Shown: positions 1-9,557 of the stretch, one piece after another
Layout of the letters: the number at the start of each line of letters is the position of its first letter
Position numbering within the stretch: the stretch's first letter is position 1
Made by a program: the position numbers and the translations under genes
Virus record (IMG/VR): IMGVR_UViG_3300033145_003233
Coordinates: 372,001 to 436,000 of that record
Direction: 5' to 3' (one strand)
DNA length: 64,000 bases
The notes under the pieces: generated by a model
Database searches by the model: none
Seen by the model: the letters and a program-made list of their open reading frames with translations, nothing else
What the model was told of the DNA's origin: nothing

Positions 1-134
1 TCTTATCATTTTAACACCTATATACATATATCATACATATATCATATATTTCCAAGTATGCGCAAAAAACTCCTTTATTTCATTAAAAGAATAAAGCAAG
101 AAATGATTAAAATTTCACTATTTAGAAGAATATT

Positions 135-1154
135 TTATCTATTGCTCAAATATTGTTGTTCAATCCAAACATATGTCTTCTCCATCCCCTCTTCTAAAGA
201 AATTGATGGTTCCCAATTCAAGACTTGTCTAATAAAATTATTATCACTATTCCTACCCCTAACCCCCTCTGGAGCATTCAGGTCATAAATTTTCTCAACC
301 TTAATATTAGCAATATCCTCAACAAGTGATACCAATCTATTAATAGAAACAAGTTGACTAGAACCAAGATTAATAGGAGTAGCTATTAATTTGTCACAAT
401 GCATAATCATATCAATACCATTTAGACAATCTTCTATATATGTGAAAGTGCGTGTTTGTAACCCATCTCCCCATATAACTATTTTATGATTACTTGTAGC
501 TTTAGCATCTATAACCTTGCGACAAATAGCAGCTGGAGCTTTTTCTCTTCCTCCTTTCCACGTTTCGAAAGGTCCATAAATATTATGAAAACGAGCAACA
601 AAAGTTTTCATCTTGCGCTCGACCCAATATTCTTTACAAAACATTTCCGATATTAACTTTTCCCAGCCATAACCTCGTTCTGCCATCGCTGGATACGCAT
701 CAGATTCTTTTAATGCAGTACTATCAGAATCACCTTGTAAAGAAATATTGTAAGCACATGCTGATGAAGAAAAAAAATAACGATTGACTCCGGCCTTGTA
801 TGCCGCTTCAATCATATGTGTATTAATTAAAATGCTTCGAAGACAATCAACCCTGAATTTCTGAATAAAACCTATCCCCCCCATATCAGCAGCTAGATTA
901 TATACTTCTACCGCTCCCTCACATACCCTAGCACAATTGTCCTTCTCTGTTAAATCTAGGCATAAAGATTCAACACCCTCTACTCTCTGATGCCATTCAG
1001 AAAGCGGTTTTTTATCCACAGCACGAATTCTAAAAAAACCTAGATTGCTGAAATACTTAACTAAAGAGCCTCCGATAAATCCACCCGCTCCGGTAATGAC
1101 AATCAAATCTTCCTTATCAAGCACATCAATAGCTTGCTTGTTTTCCCCCACCAT
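135..1154 (-). CDS. NAD-dependent epimerase/dehydratase, GDP-mannose 3,5-epimerase-like
   Basis: GAGGFIG Rossmann motif, YGWEK (YxxxK), GGREKAPAAICRKV and GVRGRNSDN typical of the GME family. Confidence 0.85.
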   Translation of the reverse strand: MVGENKQAIDVLDKEDLIVITGAGGFIGGSLVKYFSNLGFFRIRAVDKKPLSEWHQRVEGVESLCLDLTEKDNCARVCEGAVEVYNLAADMGGIGFIQKFRVDCLRSILINTHMIEAAYKAGVNRYFFSSSACAYNISLQGDSDSTALKESDAYPAMAERGYGWEKLISEMFCKEYWVERKMKTFVARFHNIYGPFETWKGGREKAPAAICRKVIDAKATSNHKIVIWGDGLQTRTFTYIEDCLNGIDMIMHCDKLIATPINLGSSQLVSINRLVSLVEDIANIKVEKIYDLNAPEGVRGRNSDNNFIRQVLNWEPSISLEEGMEKTYVWIEQQYLSNR

Positions 1155-1175
1155 AATAACTCCCCCTTGAAAAAA

Positions 1176-1910
1176 TCATACCCCTTTATAAACGTTCTTC
1201 ACATATTTAGACAATATAAGATACGCCATAGTTAAGTTATCGGAATTAAAAACAAAATCTTCATACTTATAAGACGGTGACACTCTTAATAAATGACATG
1301 GAATAGTTGGCCTCACCAAATCCTCTGATATAAATTTACCAATCATTTCCATCTCTTCTTCTATCTTATCGTCAGAAAAATATAATGGGATGCTAATCTC
1401 TATATGAGGATTGGCAAAACGAATAGCCCAGTTATTACAAGCTTGTCGTATTCTATCTTTAATTACATAATGCTTAACACCAGCAATAGAATAAAATGAT
1501 TCCTCAGATCCCTTCCAATCTATATTAATAGCATCAGCTACCAAACAAATATATCTCCATGGCCTTTCCTCGACATAAGCATTAGTCTTTATAATAAACT
1601 TAAGATCATTCTTATGACATTCTTCTCCTAGTTCTATCAAAAATTCATAATGAATGGTAGGTTCATTAAATGTCATGCAAATACTATCACAATCGCTCTG
1701 TTTAGCCATAGTAACCAGCTGTAAGGGATCATAATGAAAAGACTTAACCTGCAAATCTTGCTGACTAATCTGCCAATTTTCACAATTATGAACTATGAAG
1801 CCATTAGCAACATAATTTTCATATCCTGGGACATTAAAATTATATACCTTCTGCTTCTTTTTTAATCTTTTAATAGATTTTATTTTTTTATATTCTAAAT
1901 TATCATCCAT
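1176..1910 (-). CDS. Split intein C-part (42 aa) fused to C-terminal part of AmmeMemoRadiSam-type radical SAM enzyme
   Basis: VYNFNV...NYVANGFIVHN/C (intein blocks F/G) followed by CENWQISQ...TFNEPT...TNAY...DAINIDWKG. Confidence 0.9.
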   Translation of the reverse strand: MDDNLEYKKIKSIKRLKKKQKVYNFNVPGYENYVANGFIVHNCENWQISQQDLQVKSFHYDPLQLVTMAKQSDCDSICMTFNEPTIHYEFLIELGEECHKNDLKFIIKTNAYVEERPWRYICLVADAINIDWKGSEESFYSIAGVKHYVIKDRIRQACNNWAIRFANPHIEISIPLYFSDDKIEEEMEMIGKFISEDLVRPTIPCHLLRVSPSYKYEDFVFNSDNLTMAYLILSKYVKNVYKGV

Positions 1911-1963
1911 AATATCATTGCACTGTCTTTCTCAGAATTACATGACTCTTATCTCACTTAATT

Positions 1964-3025
1964 TTAAAATGGATTGATTCTTTTATATATATGATTCGAA
2001 AACTTTTTTAGCAACTCTTGCCTTTCATTATAAGAAAGATCTTTTGTCTTATTTAACCAATTTCTACCCTGACATAAGACAACTTTTCCACATCTAAATT
2101 TTATATCATAATATTCATATTCATGCCACGCCTGGCCATATTGACAAGTTATGGACCATCGTTCTGTGTCTAATATTTTTTCGGAGATCCGCAAAGGATT
2201 CCCAATAATCCTTCTTACATCATTTTCGGTAGAACCGACTATGATATAATTCAATTTTGAGGTATAAATAGAAAAATCTTTATGGGCTTTTTTGAAATTT
2301 TCTTCTTCCATTTTTCTTATTTCTCCTATCCTCTTCTTCGCTATCCCCTCCTTTTGTTTATATTTTGATATATCGGAATAACCACTTTTTATTATCTCAC
2401 CATTATTTATCCATGCCTCGAAACCATCATCCCATATAAGATATATCTTATTATTGTTTTTATCGTATTCATAACAAATCCCAACGTTATTGCTGTCTAC
2501 GACCAAGACTCTATTCTCATTTTTATCATACCAGCACTGCCACCCATCTGCCCATTTAACATAAATAAATTTACCATCTACAGTTTTTCTATGCTCGTAA
2601 CCATCAGAAATCTTATAATAAATTGGATTATTACTTTTATCATATTCCCATTCCCACTGCTTATATCCATCAGATTCTTTTTGATAAATTTTATTATTAT
2701 TTTTATCATATTCAGCCCATATCTCATACCCTTCTGGGGACTTCTGATAGATGCAATTTTTACGAGTATCATAATTTTTTATATACCCTATAGCAGAATT
2801 ATATGACCCCACACCTACACTCTTAGTTCCTATCTTCCCAGTATAGGGATTTATATTCCCTTTAGTGCTCCAATTATTATAAGGATTACCATCAGGATTT
2901 GACCTATAGTGAGGAGCTACATAAGTCCCATTTTTGCGATAATATCCCTTAACACTAACATCAGCCATAAGAAGAGAAGTAGCTAGAGACATCATAATAA
3001 CTATTAAAATTATTAACTTTTTCAT
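1964..3025 (-). CDS. Secreted/membrane-anchored hypothetical protein with YD-like repeats
   Basis: Signal-peptide-like MKKLIILIVIMMSLA (likely start 3025); VKGYYRKNGTYVAPHYRS domain; EYDKNNN repeats. Confidence 0.6.
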   Translation of the reverse strand: MKKLIILIVIMMSLATSLLMADVSVKGYYRKNGTYVAPHYRSNPDGNPYNNWSTKGNINPYTGKIGTKSVGVGSYNSAIGYIKNYDTRKNCIYQKSPEGYEIWAEYDKNNNKIYQKESDGYKQWEWEYDKSNNPIYYKISDGYEHRKTVDGKFIYVKWADGWQCWYDKNENRVLVVDSNNVGICYEYDKNNNKIYLIWDDGFEAWINNGEIIKSGYSDISKYKQKEGIAKKRIGEIRKMEEENFKKAHKDFSIYTSKLNYIIVGSTENDVRRIIGNPLRISEKILDTERWSITCQYGQAWHEYEYYDIKFRCGKVVLCQGRNWLNKTKDLSYNERQELLKKFSNHIYKRINPF

Positions 3026-3087
3026 TTTGCTGTTCCTTATCAATTTTTCCACAATATTATCTTAATCTTAATCTCAATCTCAACATT

Positions 3088-3116
3088 ATTATATATTAAA
3101 TTGCTTTCACTTTCAA
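3088..3116 (-). promoter_or_regulatory. sigma70-like promoter TTGAAA-GTGA-17bp-TATAAT
   Basis: TTGAAAGTGAAAGCAATTTAATATATAAT on minus strand upstream of the 3025 gene; one of 10 similar motifs. Confidence 0.7.
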
Positions 3117-3142
3117 GAATTTTTTCATATTTTCAAAAATAA

Positions 3143-3159
3143 AGGAGGATTTTCCTCCT
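3143..3159. promoter_or_regulatory. Perfect 7-bp inverted repeat, possible operator
   Basis: AGGAGGA-TTT-TCCTCCT between divergent genes. Confidence 0.4.
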
Positions 3160-3216
3160 AAACTCATAATTATATAGGTAGAAAAACATAACAAATATAT
3201 TTAATAGGAGATAAAT

Positions 3217-3465
3217 ATGAGATATTTTAGATTAGTATTAAGTGAAAAACGAGGAGAATATTACTTTGACAGTATCCACGAAAAATTCGTCCACGCACAA
3301 AACAGAAATAAAGCATACAAAAAAGCTCTAAAAATAGCTGCCACATTCTTTAAAAACTATAAAAATGCTCCAACAGGAATTCCTGATGAAGATACTATCT
3401 TTTGGTTTAATGGTGATTATGCAGCTATCTGGATAAACGATTTAAAAGAAATTGAAATGATCTAA
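3217..3465 (+). CDS. Hypothetical protein
   Basis: ORF with AGGAG Shine-Dalgarno. Confidence 0.65.
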   Translation: MRYFRLVLSEKRGEYYFDSIHEKFVHAQNRNKAYKKALKIAATFFKNYKNAPTGIPDEDTIFWFNGDYAAIWINDLKEIEMI

Positions 3466-3533
3466 ATTATGAAATTTCACAATCTTTTACGATATAATAA
3501 TGACAATATTATGTAATAAAATAGGAGTAAAAA

Positions 3534-3683
3534 ATGAAAGATTGTAAAACCATTAGGATAGATGTCCCAACAGAGCTTCATGAGCGACTAAAAAAAAGTG
3601 CAAAAAAAGACTATGGCAATATAACATCTGTCGTTAGGAATTTAATAGTTCAATACGTTAAAGAAAAAGAGAAAGAGGGATAA
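3534..3683 (+). CDS. Ribbon-helix-helix (CopG/Arc-like) protein, not in ORF track
   Basis: MKDCKTIRIDVPTELHERLKKSAKKDYGNITSVVRNLIVQYVKEKEKEG; AGGAG SD; TAATG overlap with next gene. Confidence 0.7.
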   Translation: MKDCKTIRIDVPTELHERLKKSAKKDYGNITSVVRNLIVQYVKEKEKEG

Positions 3684-4712
3684 TGGGAAAATTTATAAAT
3701 CTAACTGATAAAAAATTTGGGCAATTAACAGTACTATCTCAAGCAAAATATCATAATAAAAGAATCCAATGGAAATGCAAATGCTCCTGTGGAAATTATA
3801 TCAATATTTGCACAAAAGACTTAAATAACGGGAAAAGAATATGCTGTAAAAAATGTGGCAAAACAAACTGCCTTATATGTGGCAAAAGAACAAAAAATAA
3901 AAAGATATGCTCCAACAAATGTAAAATAAAATTTGATAAATTATCAAAAAATCCATTACCACCTTTCTATTCCTATAAACATGCTGCTGCATATCTTCAA
4001 AAAGATCAAAGAACTATTAGAAAATGGGAAAATATTTTATATAAAATAGATAAAAATCTTAAATCTGATTTTAATCTAATAAAATGGAAAAACTGCAAAA
4101 TATGCAGGGATAAAACCCCATCAGCAAAATGCAGAGTAGGATACTGCAAAAAATGCTCTGAAAAAGGACTGGGACGTAAGAATACAGCAAAAATACTTTC
4201 TAAAAAATATAAGGGAAAAGGTAATCCAAATTACGTTCATGGCAAAAAAATGGAACATAGCAGAGAAAGAAGCGTCATGCATGATAGATGGGCAAAAAAA
4301 AATATTAAAAATAAAACCAAATGTATGCATGTTGAGTGGAAGAACAGATAAATTACATGTTCACCATATCTTGTCTTTTTCTATATTTCCGAAATTAAGG
4401 TATAAAATATGGAATGGACTTATTATAAACAGGTTTTATCACATAGAACTTCATCGTCTTCAGTTAGATCTTTTGCTTCTACCCACCTTCTGCTCTTTGT
4501 CATCACTGGATGTTCAGGAGTTAATCTCAACTTTTCTCCTTCTACCTCAAGTTCAATCAATTCTTCAGCTTCCCTATCAACAACATGTCCGACATGAGCT
4601 AATACGAGTTGTGGGTCGCTACTCGAATTATCCCAAACAACTATCTCTTCTCCATCCTCAATTTGCTCAATCTTCTTTGTCCCAATTGGAGTCGAGATTA
4701 GAGTTCCAGTAG
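3683..4712 (+). pseudogene. HNH homing endonuclease, frameshifted at A9 run 4294-4302
   Basis: N-part with KFGQLTV..WKCKCSCG and Zn fingers; HNH core (LHVHHI..FPKLR...NG...H) lies in the next frame; removing one A fuses them. Confidence 0.7.
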
Positions 4713-4995
4713 GCAAACAAAAAACACATTTTAAACTACAACCATATCCACCTATAGAAAAAGTTTTTGTACCAGGGAGAAAATGTTTAAATGGTTTCTT
4801 CTCTATAGGATCTATAGATATGGAAGAAATGTGATGATATCCTGATGGGACTACCTCATCGTCCGCCGCTCTCCTCGCCAAACATTGACCCAACTGCCCA
4901 TTTTTTAACAAACAAGAATTAGGACATAATAGGCATTGCACCTTATCATCTTGCTTTTGAAAAAGCTTTAATGTGTCATTCTTGTTCCTGAACAT
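4423..4995 (-). CDS. AmmeMemoRadiSam radical SAM N-part fused to split intein N-part (98 aa, 4719-4426)
   Basis: VQCLLCPNSC...DPIEKKP..HFLPG...GCSLKCVF then CLPTGT (block A) ... TPEHP (block B); likely ATG at 4995. Confidence 0.9.
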   Translation of the reverse strand: MFRNKNDTLKLFQKQDDKVQCLLCPNSCLLKNGQLGQCLARRAADDEVVPSGYHHISSISIDPIEKKPFKHFLPGTKTFSIGGYGCSLKCVFCLPTGTLISTPIGTKKIEQIEDGEEIVVWDNSSSDPQLVLAHVGHVVDREAEELIELEVEGEKLRLTPEHPVMTKSRRWVEAKDLTEDDEVLCDKTCL

Positions 4996-5614
4996 CTCTT
5001 TCCCTCTTGAAATCTTCTGACTCAACAACTTCATAAGCTCCAGAGGTTTCTGTTTCTTCATCTTCTCCCTGAGTTTTTCTCCAAGCACTCCCCACCAAAC
5101 AAAGACCATTAACATGATCTATTTCATGCTGAACTATGATGGACTCAAATCCTACAAACTTATCTTTCTGAGATTTTCCTTCCTCATCTACATAAGCCAC
5201 AACCACCTCTTTAGAACGCTCTACACCAACATAAAAATTCGGAAAAGAAAGACACCCTTCTCTCCCCATTTGTTTTTCTTCTCCCATCTCAATTATTTCA
5301 GGATTCACCAAAACTTTCATATCATTGGTTTTTCTGTTAGGACATAACACCACGACCTTTTTAAGATGCCCTATCTGAGAAGCAGATAATCCCACTCCAG
5401 AATCAGATAATTTCAAAATCTGTTTTAATTCCCTAACAATCGGAGAGATATCTTCCGAGTCATCAACGTTCTCGCAAGGGATCTTTAATATAGGATCATC
5501 CCATTTCCTAATAAGAGACATGAGTTTTTTCCTTCTTAGAAAAAACTCATTCTTACGTTGCAACCTCTTCTTCTTATTATCCCTAGCTCTCGCCTTTCCT
5601 TTAGATTTCGCCAT
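4976..5614 (-). CDS. def: Peptide deformylase
   Basis: GVGLSASQIG, EGCLS and QHEIDH motifs. Confidence 0.95.
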   Translation of the reverse strand: MAKSKGKARARDNKKKRLQRKNEFFLRRKKLMSLIRKWDDPILKIPCENVDDSEDISPIVRELKQILKLSDSGVGLSASQIGHLKKVVVLCPNRKTNDMKVLVNPEIIEMGEEKQMGREGCLSFPNFYVGVERSKEVVVAYVDEEGKSQKDKFVGFESIIVQHEIDHVNGLCLVGSAWRKTQGEDEETETSGAYEVVESEDFKRERDVQEQE

Positions 5615-5623
5615 AATATCTCC

Positions 5624-6025
5624 CTATTTCTGGATTCTTAAATGTATCTCTATCTGCCCCTTCTCATTTTCTCTACGCGAAAAAATATTACAAGAAGCAG
5701 TGCTGCCTACATATCTTTTAATCTTTGTCTCTGAATAAGTTTTATTCAACTGTTTTAATTTAAATCTCTTCCCATGAGAACCAGCATCATAATCATCAGC
5801 ATGCATCACAAATCCCTTTTTAGTTCTCTCGAACCCCACATCTCCATAACCTCCGAATACTCCCTTCCTAACAACAACATGAGCAGTAGGTTTGGCACTA
5901 CTGTATGAATTAGAAAGAACAGTCCCATCATTATGAACCTCTGGCTTATACCCCATATCATTGAGGGCCTGAACTAAACAACCTTCATCTTTAAACTTAA
6001 CCTCTACTACATGGTACTCACTCAT
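5624..6025 (-). CDS. DUF1257 (Ycf35-like) protein
   Basis: MSEYHVVEVKFKDEGCLVQAL..MGY...DVGFER pattern; paralog of next gene. Confidence 0.75.
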   Translation of the reverse strand: MSEYHVVEVKFKDEGCLVQALNDMGYKPEVHNDGTVLSNSYSSAKPTAHVVVRKGVFGGYGDVGFERTKKGFVMHADDYDAGSHGKRFKLKQLNKTYSETKIKRYVGSTASCNIFSRRENEKGQIEIHLRIQK

Positions 6026-6039
6026 AATTCATCCTTTAT

Positions 6040-6444
6040 TTAATTAGTTACTCTAATATGAATTTCTATCTTGCCGTTTTCAAGTTCTTTCCTGTCAGTT
6101 ATATTATAACTGGAAATACTATTAACTGTCTTCCTTAATTTATTCTCAGAATAAGATTTATTCAATTGCTTAATTTTAACTCCTTTTCTCCACGGAGAAT
6201 CAAAAGCTGAAGCATGAAGAACAAACCCCTTCTTCACTCTTTCAAAGCCCACATCATTACTCATTCCCCCCACTTGAGAACGAGGGATAACAATATGTGC
6301 CTTTTGTTTCCTTTTATCTCCACGATATCCATGAAGACTAACGGCATCTTTATGAACCTGAGGATTATAGCCCATCTCTTTTAAAGACTGAATTAGGACT
6401 CCTTCATCCTTGAAACCAACTTCTACTACATGGAATTCTGACAC
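6040..6444 (-). CDS. DUF1257 (Ycf35-like) protein
   Basis: LHGYRGDKRKQKAHIVIPR..VGGMSNDVGFER. Confidence 0.8.
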   Translation of the reverse strand: MSEFHVVEVGFKDEGVLIQSLKEMGYNPQVHKDAVSLHGYRGDKRKQKAHIVIPRSQVGGMSNDVGFERVKKGFVLHASAFDSPWRKGVKIKQLNKSYSENKLRKTVNSISSYNITDRKELENGKIEIHIRVTN

Positions 6445-6445
6445 A

Positions 6446-6790
6446 TCATTCCTCTTCGGTTTTATAAACTGTTATTTTATCATCAACATATACAATTTTT
6501 TCCCAATTCTTGAAAACTTCATCAAAATTATCAAATTCATAAACTGTGCTATAAGGATCATTCACTGCATTATTAATAGCATTCTCAAAAGAACAGTAAT
6601 TATCACCGATTTCAGATATATCAATAAAACGATCCGTTCTTAATGAAACCCATTCCCATGTATGATGACCATGACCTACTTTGATTTCTTTTAAAAAGAA
6701 TTTATTTTTAGTATCTGCTGCAAAAACATAAACATGATATTTTGCAATTGTCACAACCTTTTGACCTGTATTTGATTCTAAAATTTTCAT
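6446..6790 (-). CDS. Hypothetical protein
   Basis: Tightly packed ORF in operon. Confidence 0.65.
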   Translation of the reverse strand: MKILESNTGQKVVTIAKYHVYVFAADTKNKFFLKEIKVGHGHHTWEWVSLRTDRFIDISEIGDNYCSFENAINNAVNDPYSTVYEFDNFDEVFKNWEKIVYVDDKITVYKTEEE

Positions 6791-7314
6791 TTATTCTCCT
6801 TCTTTTTTTGTGCTAGTATATGTGTGCAAAAATCATGAACTGCACCTTTACCTCCATAATAATCTGAGGGATAAGTCACATCATCTCTAATTTGAGGAAC
6901 AGCATCAGTAGGACATGCTGTAACTCCTGCTAATTCCATGCACTCAAGGTCATTCTCTGCATCTCCCATGTATGCCACGTTACTCCATTCCAAATCTCTA
7001 CTACGCAAAAAATTATCAACAACGAGAACCTTACTTGTAGCTCCGATTGCTATAATTAATTCCTCATTATACCACTTGCTCCATCTTTCAGAATGATTAC
7101 GAATCCTCCCTACTTGCTTATGTATCACATGATCATGAGAAGCAGTAAGAATAAGTATCATTATCCCCGCTTCCATTACCCTAGTCATAGCATCAAAATC
7201 ACGAGTATAGAATGATTTAATAACATATCCATCTTTGTCAACTTGATAGATTCCATCCGTTAATGTGCCGTCCACATCAAGTACAAGCAGTTCTATCTCT
7301 TTATACATAGTCAT
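6787..7314 (-). CDS. KdsC/YrbI-family HAD phosphatase (KDO-8-P / nonulosonate-9-P phosphatase-like)
   Basis: LDVDGTLTDG, YMGDAEND, GGKGAV motifs. Confidence 0.9.
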   Translation of the reverse strand: MTMYKEIELLVLDVDGTLTDGIYQVDKDGYVIKSFYTRDFDAMTRVMEAGIMILILTASHDHVIHKQVGRIRNHSERWSKWYNEELIIAIGATSKVLVVDNFLRSRDLEWSNVAYMGDAENDLECMELAGVTACPTDAVPQIRDDVTYPSDYYGGKGAVHDFCTHILAQKKKENK

Positions 7315-7341
7315 AACTCCCTATTCTACAAGCACTTAGTA

Positions 7342-7893
7342 TTACCATTGCCCTATTATACCACATTGACAATCACTTTCAAATTGTTTTTTTCTACTAT
7401 TTTCTTCGATATATAATACGGCATTTTTTAACAAAGGAAGGGGATCTCTAAATTTGCCCCCCAAACCTCTTTCGATCATTCCCAACACGCTATTACATTT
7501 ACGGCAAAGTAATCCTCTGGGATGCCCATTTTTATGATTATGATCTAAACATAATTTATTTTTAAATTCTAATTCATGAACTTCACAAATAGCACATTTA
7601 CCTTGCTGTTTTTTATATATTTCTTCATAACCGCCAATAGTTATGCTGATTTTGCGTTTTTTCCAAACAGACATCCTGCTTTTTAGAGGGTTTTTCTCTC
7701 TATATCTCTTACTTCTTAATTTCCTCTTCTCCTTATCCTCGGCATCTGGATTGTCTTTCCTATATTTCTTAATTCTTTTCAGTATTGCTTCTTTATTTTC
7801 TTTGTAATATTTTTTACTATATTCTTTAAAATACTCTTTCTTTCTTAAACGATATTCTTTATCATATTTTTTCTTGGCTTCTTTAGAGATCAT
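7342..7893 (-). CDS. Endonuclease VII-type homing endonuclease
   Basis: QQGKCAIC...LCLDHNH..G..RGLLC..CN. Confidence 0.85.
   Translation of the reverse strand: MISKEAKKKYDKEYRLRKKEYFKEYSKKYYKENKEAILKRIKKYRKDNPDAEDKEKRKLRSKRYREKNPLKSRMSVWKKRKISITIGGYEEIYKKQQGKCAICEVHELEFKNKLCLDHNHKNGHPRGLLCRKCNSVLGMIERGLGGKFRDPLPLLKNAVLYIEENSRKKQFESDCQCGIIGQW
7355..7382 (-). promoter_or_regulatory. sigma70-like promoter TTGAAA-GTGA-16bp-TATAAT
   Basis: TTGAAAGTGATTGTCAATGTGGTATAAT upstream of the kdsC-like gene. Confidence 0.65.
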
Positions 7894-8746
7894 TTCCTCC
7901 CCTTTTGATTTTTAATTTCTCACTATTATTTCTTTCATCTTCCGTCAAGTCAATATTTTTGTAACTCAATGACCTATGACAAGCTTTCAAATTCCTACAA
8001 AGTTTTTGCAATCCAATTGGCTCTAAACTAGCGGCGTTATCTGTTCCCTTGGCCGTCCTGTCTAAAGTAAAATGTCTCTCTATCCACTCTGCCCCTAAAA
8101 CGTAAGCACCAATATCTACAGCTATTCCTAAATGATGCCCGCTATAACCAACCCTCTCAAATACCCTTTTTAATGCTGTAATTTCCATCAAATATAATTC
8201 TTTAAATTTGACAGGATAACCAGAAGTCGTGTGATATACTACTATTCTGTTTTTCTTGTCATGAAAATAATTAAATAATTTTTCTTTCCCTTTTTTAGAA
8301 ATCATCCCCAAAGATATATGAACATCGCCATGATAATTATTAAAAAGAGTATCTAATAAAACATAATTTTCATTCATGGGAGATGGTATTTTGATGAAAT
8401 CTGGGTTAAGAGATGCTATCTCTAACGCAGAGTCCTCATCCCAGACAGAAGTAGAATACCCTATTTCTAACTCATCACAATAATCTTTCAATTCTACATG
8501 TTGAGGAATTGTAAATTCTAGATTAATCCTGTGTTTTAAATATGTTTCTCCAAAAGAATGCACAGGACAAGGATGCGGTCTATTATGCATATTCATAGGC
8601 ACTGCTTTTATCGGATTCCTTTTTTGAAATTTAACATAATCAGCACCGCACAATTTTGCCATTTGAATCATTTTCTTAGCTAAATCTATATCTCCTCGAT
8701 GATTACAACCTATCTCGGAAACTATTTTACATTTCTTGTATTCCAT
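7883..8746 (-). CDS. neuB: N-acetylneuraminate/nonulosonate synthase family, lacking C-terminal SAF domain
   Basis: EIGCNHRGD, VKFQKR, KIPS, GYSGH, IERHFTLDR motifs. Confidence 0.92.
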   Translation of the reverse strand: MEYKKCKIVSEIGCNHRGDIDLAKKMIQMAKLCGADYVKFQKRNPIKAVPMNMHNRPHPCPVHSFGETYLKHRINLEFTIPQHVELKDYCDELEIGYSTSVWDEDSALEIASLNPDFIKIPSPMNENYVLLDTLFNNYHGDVHISLGMISKKGKEKLFNYFHDKKNRIVVYHTTSGYPVKFKELYLMEITALKRVFERVGYSGHHLGIAVDIGAYVLGAEWIERHFTLDRTAKGTDNAASLEPIGLQKLCRNLKACHRSLSYKNIDLTEDERNNSEKLKIKRGGNDL

Positions 8747-8889
8747 TTTTCCCCCTTTTTATATTTCTTAATATATTCAAATAGAACATCTGTCACCAAT
8801 TGAGTGAATGTTTTTTTATTCTCCTTCGCTATTGCCTTACAAATAGATATAATTTCCACATCTAATTTCATATTAACTGGTTTTTTCAT
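8722..8889 (-). CDS. Small RHH-like DNA-binding protein, not in ORF track
   Basis: MKKPVNMKLDVEIISICKAIAKENKKTFTQLVTDVLFEYIKK...; beta-alpha-alpha pattern. Confidence 0.55.
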   Translation of the reverse strand: MKKPVNMKLDVEIISICKAIAKENKKTFTQLVTDVLFEYIKKYKKGEKWNTRNVK

Positions 8890-9059
8890 CTCTCTTTGCC
8901 TCCAAAAAAATAATCTTTATTTAGTATTTAATATATATTTACTAAATAAAGATTATTATCCTCTTTTTTACTGGGGGAAATTTGTATTATACAAGTGGAC
9001 TGGAGCAAATTTGTATTATAATTATGGAAGATCGCATTTAATCATAAAGGAGATCAAAA

Positions 9060-9191
9060 GTGGGACAAAATTTACATTATAAACAACGTAACAACAATAA
9101 AACGAGGGCAATACCAAGAAGAAAAAGAGTTGCCAAAGAAAAAAAATGGACTCAAAAACGAAACAGATTAAGAAACAAACTAAGGATTTAG
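9060..9191 (+). CDS. Small, very basic protein (43 aa), not in ORF track
   Basis: AAGGAG SD, GTG start; MGQNLHYKQRNNNKTRAIPRRKRVAKEKKWTQKRNRLRNKLRI. Confidence 0.55.
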   Translation: MGQNLHYKQRNNNKTRAIPRRKRVAKEKKWTQKRNRLRNKLRI

Positions 9192-9557
9192 GAAATCACT
9201 TCTTCCCATTTTCCTCAATTTAGTAAAATCAATAATATGAACATTATTATGATATTGCCCTAGATATTTTTTTATATTTCTTTGACCGCGAGGATTGACC
9301 GTATGAACAACTATACACGCATTTTTAGCCAGCTGCTCTTCTTTCATAACCCAAGCCACATCTTCTCCATTCTCTTTTGGGTGGCTCAGGTCTCTATCTA
9401 GAAATATAAGGTCATAATCCTTCGTCCTTATTTCATCACAAGCTTCTTCGACTCTTTGAGCAAAGACTATATTGCAATCCCCAAATGTTTTTTGAAACCA
9501 TTTGATTCTTTCAGGACTATCTTCTAGAACAAAAATATCCATAACTCCATTATCCAT
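9180..9557 (-). CDS. Cyclic-phosphate-processing receiver (cREC)-like protein
   Basis: IFVLEDSPER...LIFLDRDL...VVHTVNPRG. Confidence 0.7.
   Translation of the reverse strand: MDNGVMDIFVLEDSPERIKWFQKTFGDCNIVFAQRVEEACDEIRTKDYDLIFLDRDLSHPKENGEDVAWVMKEEQLAKNACIVVHTVNPRGQRNIKKYLGQYHNNVHIIDFTKLRKMGRSDFLNP

Noticed and set aside
4996-5115. N-terminal 40 aa of the ORF-track protein 4423-5115
   Set aside because: Overlaps def in another frame; homology and an SD-like sequence point to the ATG at 4995.
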